Positions 1 through 9,250 of a DNA stretch of 64,000 nt are shown piece after piece. The notes under the pieces were generated by a model. It was given only the letters and a program-made list of their open reading frames with translations, ran no database searches and was not told where the DNA came from. This DNA is from Chloroflexota bacterium (lineage in GTDB: Bacteria; Chloroflexota; UBA11872): NCBI GenBank assembly GCA_965208215.1, contig CBDBOH010000003.1, forward strand, positions 1,338,129-1,402,128, read 5' to 3'. The position numbers and the translations under genes were made by a program. Numbering within the stretch: position 1 is the stretch's first letter; each line of letters opens with the position of its first letter.

Positions 1-1
1 G

Positions 2-2974
2 CGCGAGAAGCTGGTGATGTCTCTGATGACGCGCCTCGGCGCGCGCGGCACTTTCCTGGTGCCCACGCCCGAGGCCGCGCACCTACTGCACCTGGAGTCA
101 CCAGTTCTGAGCGACGAAGACTTGCGGCGTATCGACAAATTGGAGGATCCCGACTTCGCCACGGCCTGGCTTGATGCCCTGTTCCCCGTCGCCGCGGGCC
201 CCGCTGGGCTCGAGCTGGCACTGGACGAACTGGTCAGGCAGGCACTGAGCGCGATCGACGACGGGTCGCGCCTCCTCATCGTCAGCGACCGCGGGATGAA
301 TCGGACCAGGGCGGCGATTCCGATGGCGCTGGCGGTGGGCGCACTGCACTTCGCTCTGATTGAGTCCGGGCGTCGCCTGCACGCCGGCATCGTGGTACAC
401 ACGGCGCAGGCTTGGGACGTGCATCACCTGTGCGCCCTCATCGGCTATGGCGCGGGCGCCGTCAATCCCTACCTCGCGCTGGCCACCGTCAACAGCCTGA
501 CGCCGGCCGCGACCAACGGGTCCGAAAACCTGGGCCAGACGTATCTGCGCATTGCCGAGGACGGGGTGCGCAAGGTGCTCTCCAAGATGGGCATCTCAAC
601 TCTCAGCAGCTACCAGGGCGCGCAAGTCTTTGAGGCCGTCGGACTGTCCGATCAGGTTATCGACCGCTGTTTCCCTGGAACGCCGTCGCGGGTGGGAGGC
701 ATCGGCTTCGAGGAACTGGCGGCCGACGTCCTCGCAAGGCACTCCGAGGCCTTTGAGCCGGAGGCCCCGCCGCAGCCGACCGACATCGGCTGGGCACGCT
801 ACCGGCGAAACGGCGAGTTCCACGCCGCCAACCCGGGCTTCGTCAAGGCCATGCACCGTGCGATCCGGACGGGAGACCCCGAAGACTTCGACGCTTACGA
901 CAGCGTGGTCAACGATCGCGATCCTTATGCCATCCGGGATCTGCTTCGATTTGTCCAACAGGACGATCCGATCTCGATTGACGAAGTCGAGCCGATCGAG
1001 ACCATCGTGCGCCGCTTCACCACGACGGCCATGTCCATCGGCGCGCTAAGCCCGGAGGCCCATAGCACCCTGAGCAAGGCGATGAACAGTCTGGGCGCGC
1101 GCAGTAATACGGGCGAAGGCGGCGAGGACCGCACTTGGTACGCCCCCGATGAGAACGGCCAAGAACCCGATAGCCGGATCAAGCAGGTGGCCTCGGGCCG
1201 GTTCGGCGTCACCCCGCTCTACCTCGCCAAGGCCGATCAACTCGAAATCAAGATTGCGCAGGGCTCCAAGCCGGGCGAGGGCGGGCAGCTTCCGGCGCTC
1301 AAGGTCTCGCCCTACATCGCCAGCCTGCGGCACACCATTCCTGGCATTCCCCTCATCTCGCCGCCGCCGCACCACGACATCTATAGCATCGAGGACCTGG
1401 CACAGTTGATCTACGACCTCAAGCACGCCAACCCAAACGCAGCGGTGGGCGTGAAGCTGGTTGCGGAATCTGGCGTTGGCACGATTGCCGCAGGTGTCGC
1501 CAAGGCCTACGCCGACTACGTGCTCATCAGCGGACACGACGGCGGCACCGGGGCCTCGCCGATCAGTTCAATCAAGAACGCCGGCGTGCCCTGGGAGATT
1601 GGCCTGGTCGAGACCCAGCATGTCCTGGTGCGTAACGGCCTGCGCGACCGCATCCTGGTCAAGACCGACGGCGGACTGAAGACCGCCCGCGACGTCGTGA
1701 TTGCGGGCCTCCTGGGCGCCGAGGAGTTCGGCTTCGGGACGGTGGCCGCCGTGGCCGTCGGCTGCATCATGGCCCGCCAGTGTCACCTCAATACCTGCCC
1801 CGTGGGCGTGGCCACGCAGCGCGCCGACCTGCGCGAACGCTTCGCCGGCGAGCCGGAACACGTGGTCCGTTTCTTCACGCATCTGGCTCAGGGCGTCCGC
1901 GAGATCATGGCCAGCCTCGGCGTGGCTCGTTTCGACGATCTGGTTGGCCAGGTCCAATACCTTGAACCGGACCCCGATCTCGACGCTGGCCGGGCGGCTG
2001 CCCTCGATCTACACGACCTGTTAGTCCCGCCTGACGAAACCCGTGTGTCCCCATTGCGCCGCCATCGCGACCGCAATGACCGGCCGCACGACTTTCATCT
2101 CGACACGCAGATCATTGAGCACCTCGATACGTCGGCGCTGCCCAACGTGTCCCTGCAGTTTGAACTGCCGATCTCCAACACCGACCGTGCCGTGGGCGCC
2201 CAGCTCAGCGGAACCATCGTTCGCGCGGGCTTCGAGGACGGTCTGCCCGACGAGAGCATTCGTCTTACGTTCCGCGGCACTGCTGGCCAGAGCTTCGGCG
2301 CCTTCGTCACCCGCGGCCTGCGCCTGGACCTGATCGGCGAAGCCAACGACTACGTCGGCAAGGGGCTCGGCGGTGGTGTCATCACCGTTCGTCCCCCTGA
2401 CAGCGCCGCCTTCGCGCCCGAAGACAACGTGATCATGGGCAATACTGTCCTTTACGGCGCAACCTCGGGTCGCCTCTTCGTGGCCGGCCGAGCCGGCGAA
2501 CGCTTTGGCGTCCGCAACAGCGGGGCGCAAACGGTCGTTGAGGGCGTCGGCGACCACTGCTGCGAATACATGACCGGCGGCACCGTGGTGGTCCTTGGCC
2601 CGACCGGCAAGAACTTTGCCGCCGGCATGTCGGCAGGGACGGCCTACATCTACGAGCGCGGCGCGATGTTCCTCAAGCGCTTCAATCCGGAACTGGTCAG
2701 CGTCGCGCGCGTCGGCACGCCTGAGGCGGCTGAGGAGCTGCGGAGTCTCATCGCGCAGCACGTGGCGGCTACCGGCAGCGCCATCGGCCGCCGAATCCTC
2801 GACGCGTGGGAGACCGAAGTCGCCAACTTCTGGCAGGTCACCCCCAATCCGCCGGTCGTCGACACGGAAGCGCCGCCCAAGGCCGATGCGGCTCGCGCCC
2901 GACGCGCCGTGGCGGCCCGCCGCCGGGCGGCCCTGCGGCACGGCGGCCGCCGCCGCACGCCCGCCAGGTCCTGA
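2..2974 (+). CDS. gltB: Glutamate synthase (GOGAT) large subunit, C-terminal ~985 aa; 5' end lies upstream of the window
   Basis: Reading frame is open to the window edge. Product has the FMN-binding/central domain (GVGLVAESGVG, ISGHDGGTGASP) and the C-terminal GXGXG beta-helix domain (YVGKGLGGGVITV, EYMTGGTVVVLG). Ends TGA at 2972-2974. Confidence 0.9.
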   Translation, partial: REKLVMSLMTRLGARGTFLVPTPEAAHLLHLESPVLSDEDLRRIDKLEDPDFATAWLDALFPVAAGPAGLELALDELVRQALSAIDDGSRLLIVSDRGMNRTRAAIPMALAVGALHFALIESGRRLHAGIVVHTAQAWDVHHLCALIGYGAGAVNPYLALATVNSLTPAATNGSENLGQTYLRIAEDGVRKVLSKMGISTLSSYQGAQVFEAVGLSDQVIDRCFPGTPSRVGGIGFEELAADVLARHSEAFEPEAPPQPTDIGWARYRRNGEFHAANPGFVKAMHRAIRTGDPEDFDAYDSVVNDRDPYAIRDLLRFVQQDDPISIDEVEPIETIVRRFTTTAMSIGALSPEAHSTLSKAMNSLGARSNTGEGGEDRTWYAPDENGQEPDSRIKQVASGRFGVTPLYLAKADQLEIKIAQGSKPGEGGQLPALKVSPYIASLRHTIPGIPLISPPPHHDIYSIEDLAQLIYDLKHANPNAAVGVKLVAESGVGTIAAGVAKAYADYVLISGHDGGTGASPISSIKNAGVPWEIGLVETQHVLVRNGLRDRILVKTDGGLKTARDVVIAGLLGAEEFGFGTVAAVAVGCIMARQCHLNTCPVGVATQRADLRERFAGEPEHVVRFFTHLAQGVREIMASLGVARFDDLVGQVQYLEPDPDLDAGRAAALDLHDLLVPPDETRVSPLRRHRDRNDRPHDFHLDTQIIEHLDTSALPNVSLQFELPISNTDRAVGAQLSGTIVRAGFEDGLPDESIRLTFRGTAGQSFGAFVTRGLRLDLIGEANDYVGKGLGGGVITVRPPDSAAFAPEDNVIMGNTVLYGATSGRLFVAGRAGERFGVRNSGAQTVVEGVGDHCCEYMTGGTVVVLGPTGKNFAAGMSAGTAYIYERGAMFLKRFNPELVSVARVGTPEAAEELRSLIAQHVAATGSAIGRRILDAWETEVANFWQVTPNPPVVDTEAPPKADAARARRAVAARRRAALRHGGRRRTPARS

Positions 2975-2985
2975 CACCCGTCCAA

Positions 2986-3255
2986 ATGACGGGCAGCCTC
3001 AAACTGGCCGCCCTGGGTGGAGCGTTATGTGTCATCGCGCTGGCCGCGATAGCCGGTGGAATAGTCGGCGGACTGATCGGCCTGCAGAGCGGCGATCCGC
3101 GCGGTCCGTTTGAACCCACGCTCAACGGCGGCATGCGTGGCGCCTACGCCGGATTGGCCGCTGGCGCGATGGTCGCGGCGCCGATTGCGCTGCTCTTCGC
3201 GAGATCCGTTCGCCGCTGGACGCGCGCCCCGGTGGCAAGTCGCCGACGTGGCTGA
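2986..3255 (+). CDS. Small hypothetical membrane protein (2 predicted TM helices)
   Basis: ATG at 2986 inside the longer track ORF 2806..3255. Hydrophobic segments ALGGALCVIALAAIAGGIVGGLIGL and AYAGLAAGAMVAAPIALLF. No obvious SD. Confidence 0.3.
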   Translation: MTGSLKLAALGGALCVIALAAIAGGIVGGLIGLQSGDPRGPFEPTLNGGMRGAYAGLAAGAMVAAPIALLFARSVRRWTRAPVASRRRG

Positions 3256-3859
3256 GCGCCCAATCAACAATCCTGGCCGCGTCCTCATCGCCGGCGAGAA
3301 CCACGTCCTGCGCCTGCGTTCAGACCCGGAGGGTCCGGACGCCGCCCTCGTCAATCACTTTCGGCTCAGGCTCAGCCCACATGGCCCGGGCCATGCCGTA
3401 TTCGTGCTCGCCAACCCGAACGCCGCCGACCCCCGCAACGCCTGCTACAGCGACAACCCCGCCCTGGCCAGCTGGCTGCTTGACTGGTACCTGCGCGGCA
3501 GCCCGCTGTACCGAGACCTGAAGGGCCTTGTTGGTTTGCCCATCGTCACAGCAGGCGGCTTTACCTGCATCGACGAACTACCTCGCCGTTGGACTGAGAC
3601 CGTCCGGGCCGGCGACGTGACCGTCCGCGCCGTCTGGAACGATCTGGCGTCGCCCTTTCACGTCGAGCGGTTGGCCCAACCCGGCGAACCAGGCGCCATG
3701 GACGTCTTCTCAGTCCTCATGTCGGCGTCAGATGCGGCTCTGTCCGTGGACGGCCAGCAAATTCCCGGCGTCGTGTTTCCTCGACAGGTCGGCTCCCAGC
3801 CCATCACCAGCGCCTTCCTCGCCTTCGCCGAGTCCTGGGTCGAGGTAGCGAGCGCCTAG
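3248..3859 (+). CDS. Hypothetical protein (no recognisable family)
   Basis: Track ORF 3110..3859. The most plausible start is GTG 3248, which overlaps the stop of the upstream small ORF by 8 nt. GC3-rich codon usage. No motif recognised. Confidence 0.4.
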   Translation: MAERPINNPGRVLIAGENHVLRLRSDPEGPDAALVNHFRLRLSPHGPGHAVFVLANPNAADPRNACYSDNPALASWLLDWYLRGSPLYRDLKGLVGLPIVTAGGFTCIDELPRRWTETVRAGDVTVRAVWNDLASPFHVERLAQPGEPGAMDVFSVLMSASDAALSVDGQQIPGVVFPRQVGSQPITSAFLAFAESWVEVASA

Positions 3860-3886
3860 CACGCGGCCCCGCATCCACGCGTCGGC

Positions 3887-5137
3887 TTAGCCGGCCAGCA
3901 CCTCCAGCCGCCGCTTTCGTACCACTTCCCGCCCGCCCAGATAAACCGACACGGTGCGCCCGATGTTGCAGATGTTCTCCGCCGCATCGCCGTCTACGAC
4001 CAGCAGGTCTGCCTGTTGTCCGGGAACGACTTCCCCGGTCAGGCCACCCAGGCCGATGGCTCGAGCGGCCGCGCCAGTGACGAGGTGCACAGCGTCGACC
4101 GGCGTGGTGTCCAGCGCAACGACCGCGCTGATGACTGACAGTGGGAATTCGTGGAAGGGCGTATCGATCACGCCCGCATCCGTCGACACCACATGCGGAA
4201 CGCCGCGCTCGCGCATGTAGCGGAAGTTCGCACCCGCCGCGCGGATGCGCTCTCGTTCACCCGCGGGCAACGCGTCCAGATGCGCCAGGTCGCGGAACGG
4301 CGTTCGGTTCATGGCGGCCAGCGTCATGTGGACTGACTGGTGCGAAGCATCGATACGCTCCACGGCTTCTTCGTCAACCGCCGATTGCCCCCGGATCCCA
4401 TCGGGCGTGAGCCATGAGCAGTGCTCCAACGTGTCAACGCCGGCATCGATCGCGTCCCGGCAGCCGTCCGCTCCCAGCACGTGCGCGGCCACGTGGCGTT
4501 GCAATCGGTGGGAGTCCGTCACCAGCGCGCGCAACGTATCCAGGTCGTACTGCGAGTGTCCGGCCTGCGATCCGGGCGTCATCATCCCGCCCGTGGCCAT
4601 CACCTTGATGAAGTCCGCGCCAGCTTCCACCATCTGGCGCAGGGCCCGAATCACGTCGTCGCGCGAGTCGGCCCGCAGCCCGCACCAGTTCAGGTGCCCG
4701 CCCGTCGTGGTGATGGGAGCTCCGCAAACCAGCAGGCGTGGTCCCAAAGCCAACCCTCGGCGAAGCGCGTCACGCACAACCATGTTGAGCGTGAGATACC
4801 CGCCTGTGTCCCGCATCGTTGTGACGCCGGTCGCCAGCGCGCGCTGACCGTTGGCGATGGCAGTCATCACGCGTTCTTCGTTGGAGGCCGACTTGTGGAC
4901 GGCCAGGGTGCGTTCGTGGCTCTCGTAGGCGCCGAACTGCAGGTGACAGTGGCAATCGATCAGGCCCGGCATGATCGTGGCGTCACCGTAATCGACCACA
5001 TCGGCGTCATCGACGTAGGCGCCCACCGTTCCAACGTGGGCAATTACCCCGTCGCGCACGACGACTTCGGGGTCATGAATCGGATCGGCGCCGGTTCCGT
5101 CAATCAGCGTGGCCGCGCGCAGAACCAGGTCCGCCAT
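3887..5137 (-). CDS. Amidohydrolase-family metal-dependent hydrolase
   Basis: N-terminal ATLIDGTG...MPGLIDCHCHL metal-binding HxH motif. 416 aa, typical of imidazolonepropionase/prolidase-like amidohydrolases. Confidence 0.8.
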   Translation of the reverse strand: MADLVLRAATLIDGTGADPIHDPEVVVRDGVIAHVGTVGAYVDDADVVDYGDATIMPGLIDCHCHLQFGAYESHERTLAVHKSASNEERVMTAIANGQRALATGVTTMRDTGGYLTLNMVVRDALRRGLALGPRLLVCGAPITTTGGHLNWCGLRADSRDDVIRALRQMVEAGADFIKVMATGGMMTPGSQAGHSQYDLDTLRALVTDSHRLQRHVAAHVLGADGCRDAIDAGVDTLEHCSWLTPDGIRGQSAVDEEAVERIDASHQSVHMTLAAMNRTPFRDLAHLDALPAGERERIRAAGANFRYMRERGVPHVVSTDAGVIDTPFHEFPLSVISAVVALDTTPVDAVHLVTGAAARAIGLGGLTGEVVPGQQADLLVVDGDAAENICNIGRTVSVYLGGREVVRKRRLEVLAG

Positions 5138-5206
5138 GAGCTGGTGCCTCTATCGTGGACGGCGCAGTTTATCGGCCCCGCGCCGTCAGGGAGCAAAGCA
5201 GCGCGC

Positions 5207-5938
5207 TCAGCCCCGCCCGATGAAGGGCTGACCCACCGGCAACACGGTGGCTTCCAACATGTTCACGTGGTCGGGCATGGCGGCCATGGTCACGGCGGCG
5301 GCGGCCAGTTCGTCCACGGTCATCATTGGTTCCTCATCCTCACGACGCTGCGTGCCGCTGCGGCGCTCCACCCAGGTGTTGCCGGGGTTGAGGCAACTGC
5401 ACGACACCCCGTGATCGCGGCCTTCCAGGGCAATCACCTGCGTCAGGCCCCACAGGCCGAACTTGGTCGCGCTGTACGAGGCCGATCGCGGTCGCACCCG
5501 CTGCGACGAAATGCTGGCCACGTTGATGATCCGCCCGCGGCCCGCCGCGGCCATCACCCGCAAGGCGGCCCTCGAGCATAAGAATGGTCCGGTCAGGTTC
5601 ACGTCGACCGTGCGCTGCCAGGCTTCCAGCGTCATGTCCACCAGAGGGGCGTGTTCGGCGATGCCGGCGTTGTTGACCAGCACGTCCAGGTGGCCGAACC
5701 GCTCCATGGTTCCATCAATCAGGCCGTCCACGGCTGCTTCATCGGTGACGTCCGTCGGGATGGCCGCGACCTCAGCTCCCAACGCGCGAAACTCGTCGGC
5801 GGCTTCGTCCAACAGCGCTGCGTCCCGCGCCGCCAGCGCCAGGCTGGCCCCGGCGCGCGCGAATCCACGAGCGATCCCGCGGCCGATGCCGCGATTCGAG
5901 CCGGTCACTATCGCGACTTTGCCGTCCAATACCCCCAT
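5207..5938 (-). CDS. SDR-family oxidoreductase
   Basis: VAIVTGSNRGIGRGIA Rossmann motif, and NNAG. ATG at 5938 is preceded by a strong SD (GGAGGTGGAGG). The track's upstream GTG 5950 lies inside that SD. Confidence 0.85.
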   Translation of the reverse strand: MGVLDGKVAIVTGSNRGIGRGIARGFARAGASLALAARDAALLDEAADEFRALGAEVAAIPTDVTDEAAVDGLIDGTMERFGHLDVLVNNAGIAEHAPLVDMTLEAWQRTVDVNLTGPFLCSRAALRVMAAAGRGRIINVASISSQRVRPRSASYSATKFGLWGLTQVIALEGRDHGVSCSCLNPGNTWVERRSGTQRREDEEPMMTVDELAAAAVTMAAMPDHVNMLEATVLPVGQPFIGRG

Positions 5939-6033
5939 CGGTCCCTCCACCTCCCCGCCGATCCATGCGCATTATCCGAAGCCGCCGGCAAGTGAGGCTC
6001 AGGCCGTTCGCACATCGCTGGGTAAGCTCAGAT

Positions 6034-6109
6034 GGGCTGGTAGCTCAGTTGGCAGAGCAGCGGACTTTTAATCCGAAGGTCGTGGGTTCGAGACCCACCC
6101 GGCCCACCA
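6034..6109 (+). tRNA. tRNA-Lys (anticodon UUU)
   Basis: 76-nt cloverleaf. Acceptor GGGCTGG/CCGGCCC with one G-U. D-stem GCTC/GAGC. Anticodon loop C-U-UUU-A-A. T-arm GTGGG-TTCGAGA-CCCAC. Discriminator A and encoded CCA. One G-A mismatch at the top of the anticodon stem. Confidence 0.8.
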
Positions 6110-6237
6110 GTCTGGAGGCCCGAAATCGAAGCTCTCAATAGTCGGACAGCGGAGGTCTGGCCCATTCCCGGTGCCCCGGCCGACTGCAGCCCTTAGGCTG
6201 GGTCTCAGTTCTGTTTAGGGCGGATGCCCGAGTCGCT

Positions 6238-7263
6238 ATGCCTCCGATTGAGACGGTCCAACTCACCAAGCACTTCGAGCGTCGGCGGCCGCCGCGCAGG
6301 CCCTGGGATTTGCTGCGCCGGCGGCCGACGAATGAGACGGATGACTTGATCGTCGCGGTCGACAACGTGTCGCTCTCCGTGGAAGCCGGCGAGGTTTACG
6401 GTCTGCTGGGCCCCAACGGCGCCGGCAAGACGACTATGGCTCGCATGCTCTCCACGCTGCTCGAACCAACCTCCGGCAGCGCCCGAATCTGTGGGTACGA
6501 CACGGTTCGCGACGGCACCGCGGTGCGGACGCGAATTGGCGTGATGTTTGCCGGCGAGCGCGGTGTCTTTTGGAGGCTTACCGGCCGAGAGAACCTGCAG
6601 ATGTTCGGGCGTCTGGTGTTCATGGACGGTAGCGCGATTCGCCGGCGCACGGATGAACTCATGGAACGGCTGGGGCTCGCCGATCGCACGGATGAGCTGG
6701 TCGAGTCCTATAGCACGGGCATGAAGCAACGGCTCAATCTCGCTCGCACCCTGATGCACGACCCGCCAGTGCTGCTTCTGGACGAACCGACGGCCGCCCT
6801 CGACCCCGCCGCCGCCCGCGCGACGCGCAGATTCGTCACCGAACTTCGTCAAGAGGGAAAGGCGATCCTCCTGACCACCCACAACATGCACGAAGCCGAC
6901 GAGGTATGCGACCGGGTCGGGATCATCGATAAAGGCCGCCTCGTTGCGGAAGATCGACCGGCAGACCTCATCAGCCGCGCCGGCGTGGAACCGCGCCTGG
7001 AATTGATGCTGCGCGGCAATACGTCCGCGGCGCGCGCCGCTATCGGCGAGGCCGCCCTCTGGTGGGGGGAGATCGAGAGCGATGGAGCCGTTCAGGTCGC
7101 GGTACGAGCGCCCGACGGCTGGCGATCGGCGGAAGCCATCACGCAGCGCGTGTCGGCTGCGGGCGCCGAAATCGTCCAGTCGCGCCTGCGCGAAGCCACC
7201 CTGGAAGACGCCTACATCGAGCTGACCGGCAGCCGTCTCGAGGGACCGTTTGCCCCGGTTTAG
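6238..7263 (+). CDS. ABC transporter ATP-binding protein (ABC-2 exporter type)
   Basis: Walker [10 protein letters not shown], signature [12 protein letters not shown], Walker B LLLDEPT. C-terminal extension is typical of ABC-2 ATPases. Confidence 0.85.
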   Translation: MPPIETVQLTKHFERRRPPRRPWDLLRRRPTNETDDLIVAVDNVSLSVEAGEVYGLLGPNGAGKTTMARMLSTLLEPTSGSARICGYDTVRDGTAVRTRIGVMFAGERGVFWRLTGRENLQMFGRLVFMDGSAIRRRTDELMERLGLADRTDELVESYSTGMKQRLNLARTLMHDPPVLLLDEPTAALDPAAARATRRFVTELRQEGKAILLTTHNMHEADEVCDRVGIIDKGRLVAEDRPADLISRAGVEPRLELMLRGNTSAARAAIGEAALWWGEIESDGAVQVAVRAPDGWRSAEAITQRVSAAGAEIVQSRLREATLEDAYIELTGSRLEGPFAPV

Positions 7264-8104
7264 GTTGGGCGTGAGATTCGCTTTGGCGAACGCCGCCGCA
7301 ACGGTGCAACTGGCCAGTCTGGGATGGCGGATGAAGCAGCGCCAGCCGTTTTTCCTGGTCAGCAGCGCGGGGATCGCAACGTTTGCGGTACTTCCCATGG
7401 CGCTGGCGGCGATTGCCCTGGTTGGCCCCGAGGCCAGGCACATTCAAACGTTCGTTGAGCTCGCCGGCACGGACAACTACATGGCCTTCGTGACGATTGG
7501 TGCGACGGCCATGATTTGGTCGACGCAGATCGGAGCCAACGTTGGCTTCGTCCTGGAAGACCAGCGATCCGACGGCACGCTGGGCTCGATCTGGTCGACC
7601 CCGACGTCGTTGCTGGCGCGCCTGGCCGGTCTGGGCGCATCCGGCATGTCCATTGGAATCGCGCGGACGTTCATTGCCTTCGCCGTTGCCTGGGCCATCC
7701 TCAGGTTCCCGGTCAGCCTCGATCCATTGGCGCTACTCGCCGTTCTTGCCGCGTCAACCTTCGCCGTCGGGGCATTCGGTCTCATCTGGGCCGCTTTCGT
7801 TCTGCGTGCGCGCGCCGGCATGATCCTGGTGCAGACGCTCTTGATGGGGATGGGAATCCTGGCCGGCCCGGCTTACCCCACAACCGTGCTCCCTGATTGG
7901 GCCCAGGCGGTCGGCCACCTGCTTCCCCCGACCTGGATGATCCGCGGACTCCGAGCGACGCTCGTGTTCAACGACGCCGCGGCCGCGTGGGTATCGGTCG
8001 CGGCGTTGCTCGGTCTCGGACTAGTCTTCGGTACATGCGGCATGTGGCTATTCGCGCGATTCGATCGCGACGCCCGCCAGCGAGGGCATCTTGAGGCCTT
8101 CTAA
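7250..8104 (+). CDS. ABC-2 family transporter permease
   Basis: About 6 hydrophobic helices. Overlaps the ATPase stop by 14 nt. Alternative start ATG 7331. Confidence 0.7.
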   Translation: MPRFRLGVRFALANAAATVQLASLGWRMKQRQPFFLVSSAGIATFAVLPMALAAIALVGPEARHIQTFVELAGTDNYMAFVTIGATAMIWSTQIGANVGFVLEDQRSDGTLGSIWSTPTSLLARLAGLGASGMSIGIARTFIAFAVAWAILRFPVSLDPLALLAVLAASTFAVGAFGLIWAAFVLRARAGMILVQTLLMGMGILAGPAYPTTVLPDWAQAVGHLLPPTWMIRGLRATLVFNDAAAAWVSVAALLGLGLVFGTCGMWLFARFDRDARQRGHLEAF

Positions 8105-8924
8105 GGTGCAGCGGGCGAGTCGTGTGAGTGCGGTGGTATTGGCCGCGTTCGCGCAGATGTGGCGCGAACACAACCGCTTTCGGATCGTGTGGGCTGCTCG
8201 CGTGGTCACAACGTTCTTGTTCCTTGCGCCCATTCTGCTGATGAGCCGGGCCTACGGTTCCGAGGGTTTTGCGGCCAGCGGCGGTGGCCACGACTTCGTC
8301 ACCTTCGCCGCCGTTGGTCTCGTAGTCATCAATGCGGCCACCCGGCCCATGGCCGCCACCATCTTCTATCTCTCGAATTCAAATCGCGTCGGCATCCTGC
8401 CCGCCCTGTGGACAACGCCCGCCCCGCGCTGGGCCCTCTGCCTCGGTGCGTCCCTTGCGGCGCTGGCGGATGCGGTGGTTGAGGGCGCGGTCATCATCGT
8501 CTTGGCATTTCTGTTGTTTGGTCCGTCGACGCAGCCTGTCTCCGCGCTCGCCATCGTTCCTTTGATATTCGGTCTCGCGACGTTCTGGGGCCTCGGCCTC
8601 GTGTTTGGCAGCGTGTTTCTGTCCACGCGCTCCTGGGCCGCTAACGCAATCGTGAGCGGCCTCCTTCTGGCGCTGGCCGGCACTGTTTTTCCAATCACGA
8701 TCCTGCCGTGGTCCGTCCGCTGGCTGAGCTACGCATTTCCGCACACCTACGTGCTCGACGCTCTGCGGCATCTGGTTCTTGGAACCCCAACGATCGCGCC
8801 GCTGGCTGTTGACCTTGCCGTCGCTGGGGGCAGCGCGATTCTTGCGGTGCTTGGCGGCATTGTGATGTTCCGGCGCGCCGACCGAGAAGCCGCTCGTCGC
8901 GGCGTCATCGGGCTATACACTTGA
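8091..8924 (+). CDS. ABC-2 family transporter permease (second subunit)
   Basis: Polytopic membrane protein. Its 14-nt overlap with the preceding permease repeats the ATPase/permease coupling pattern. Confidence 0.7.
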   Translation: MRPSKVQRASRVSAVVLAAFAQMWREHNRFRIVWAARVVTTFLFLAPILLMSRAYGSEGFAASGGGHDFVTFAAVGLVVINAATRPMAATIFYLSNSNRVGILPALWTTPAPRWALCLGASLAALADAVVEGAVIIVLAFLLFGPSTQPVSALAIVPLIFGLATFWGLGLVFGSVFLSTRSWAANAIVSGLLLALAGTVFPITILPWSVRWLSYAFPHTYVLDALRHLVLGTPTIAPLAVDLAVAGGSAILAVLGGIVMFRRADREAARRGVIGLYT

Positions 8925-9250
8925 TGTCCGGCGACTGTCCGTGGCCCGAAGAATCCCGGCGAAATCGGTAGCCGCGCTTGCTCGCTGATAACCTCACACG
9001 TTGGTCGTTCTGGTCATGTGCTCACAATGCCCGGGGCCCGAGCCCTACCTGTCGTGTCGTGAAATATGATTCTTGGGGCTGTATATTGCCGCCAGTCTCC
9101 TCTCCAATCCGGGCGGATGAGGGTCAGCGTGGACACAGCATCGTCCGGTCGTGCCGCTCAAGCGGATTGGCAAGCGTCGCAGTCCATCGCTCGATACCAG
9201 AACCCCAACAAGACTGTCGTCACCGGTCGTTGCATGGAGGGAGTTAAGCC

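Noticed and set aside
4421-5581. 386-aa plus-strand ORF and the many other 60-390-aa ORFs antisense to annotated genes (e.g. 9158..10327, 13643..14473, 19372..20298, 33010..34066, 42414..43538, 59095..60159, 62446..63591)
   Set aside because: At ~69% GC stop codons are rare in all frames. These ORFs overlap genes that have clear family motifs on the opposite strand or frame. They translate into Arg/Pro/Ala-rich low-complexity sequence with no motifs.
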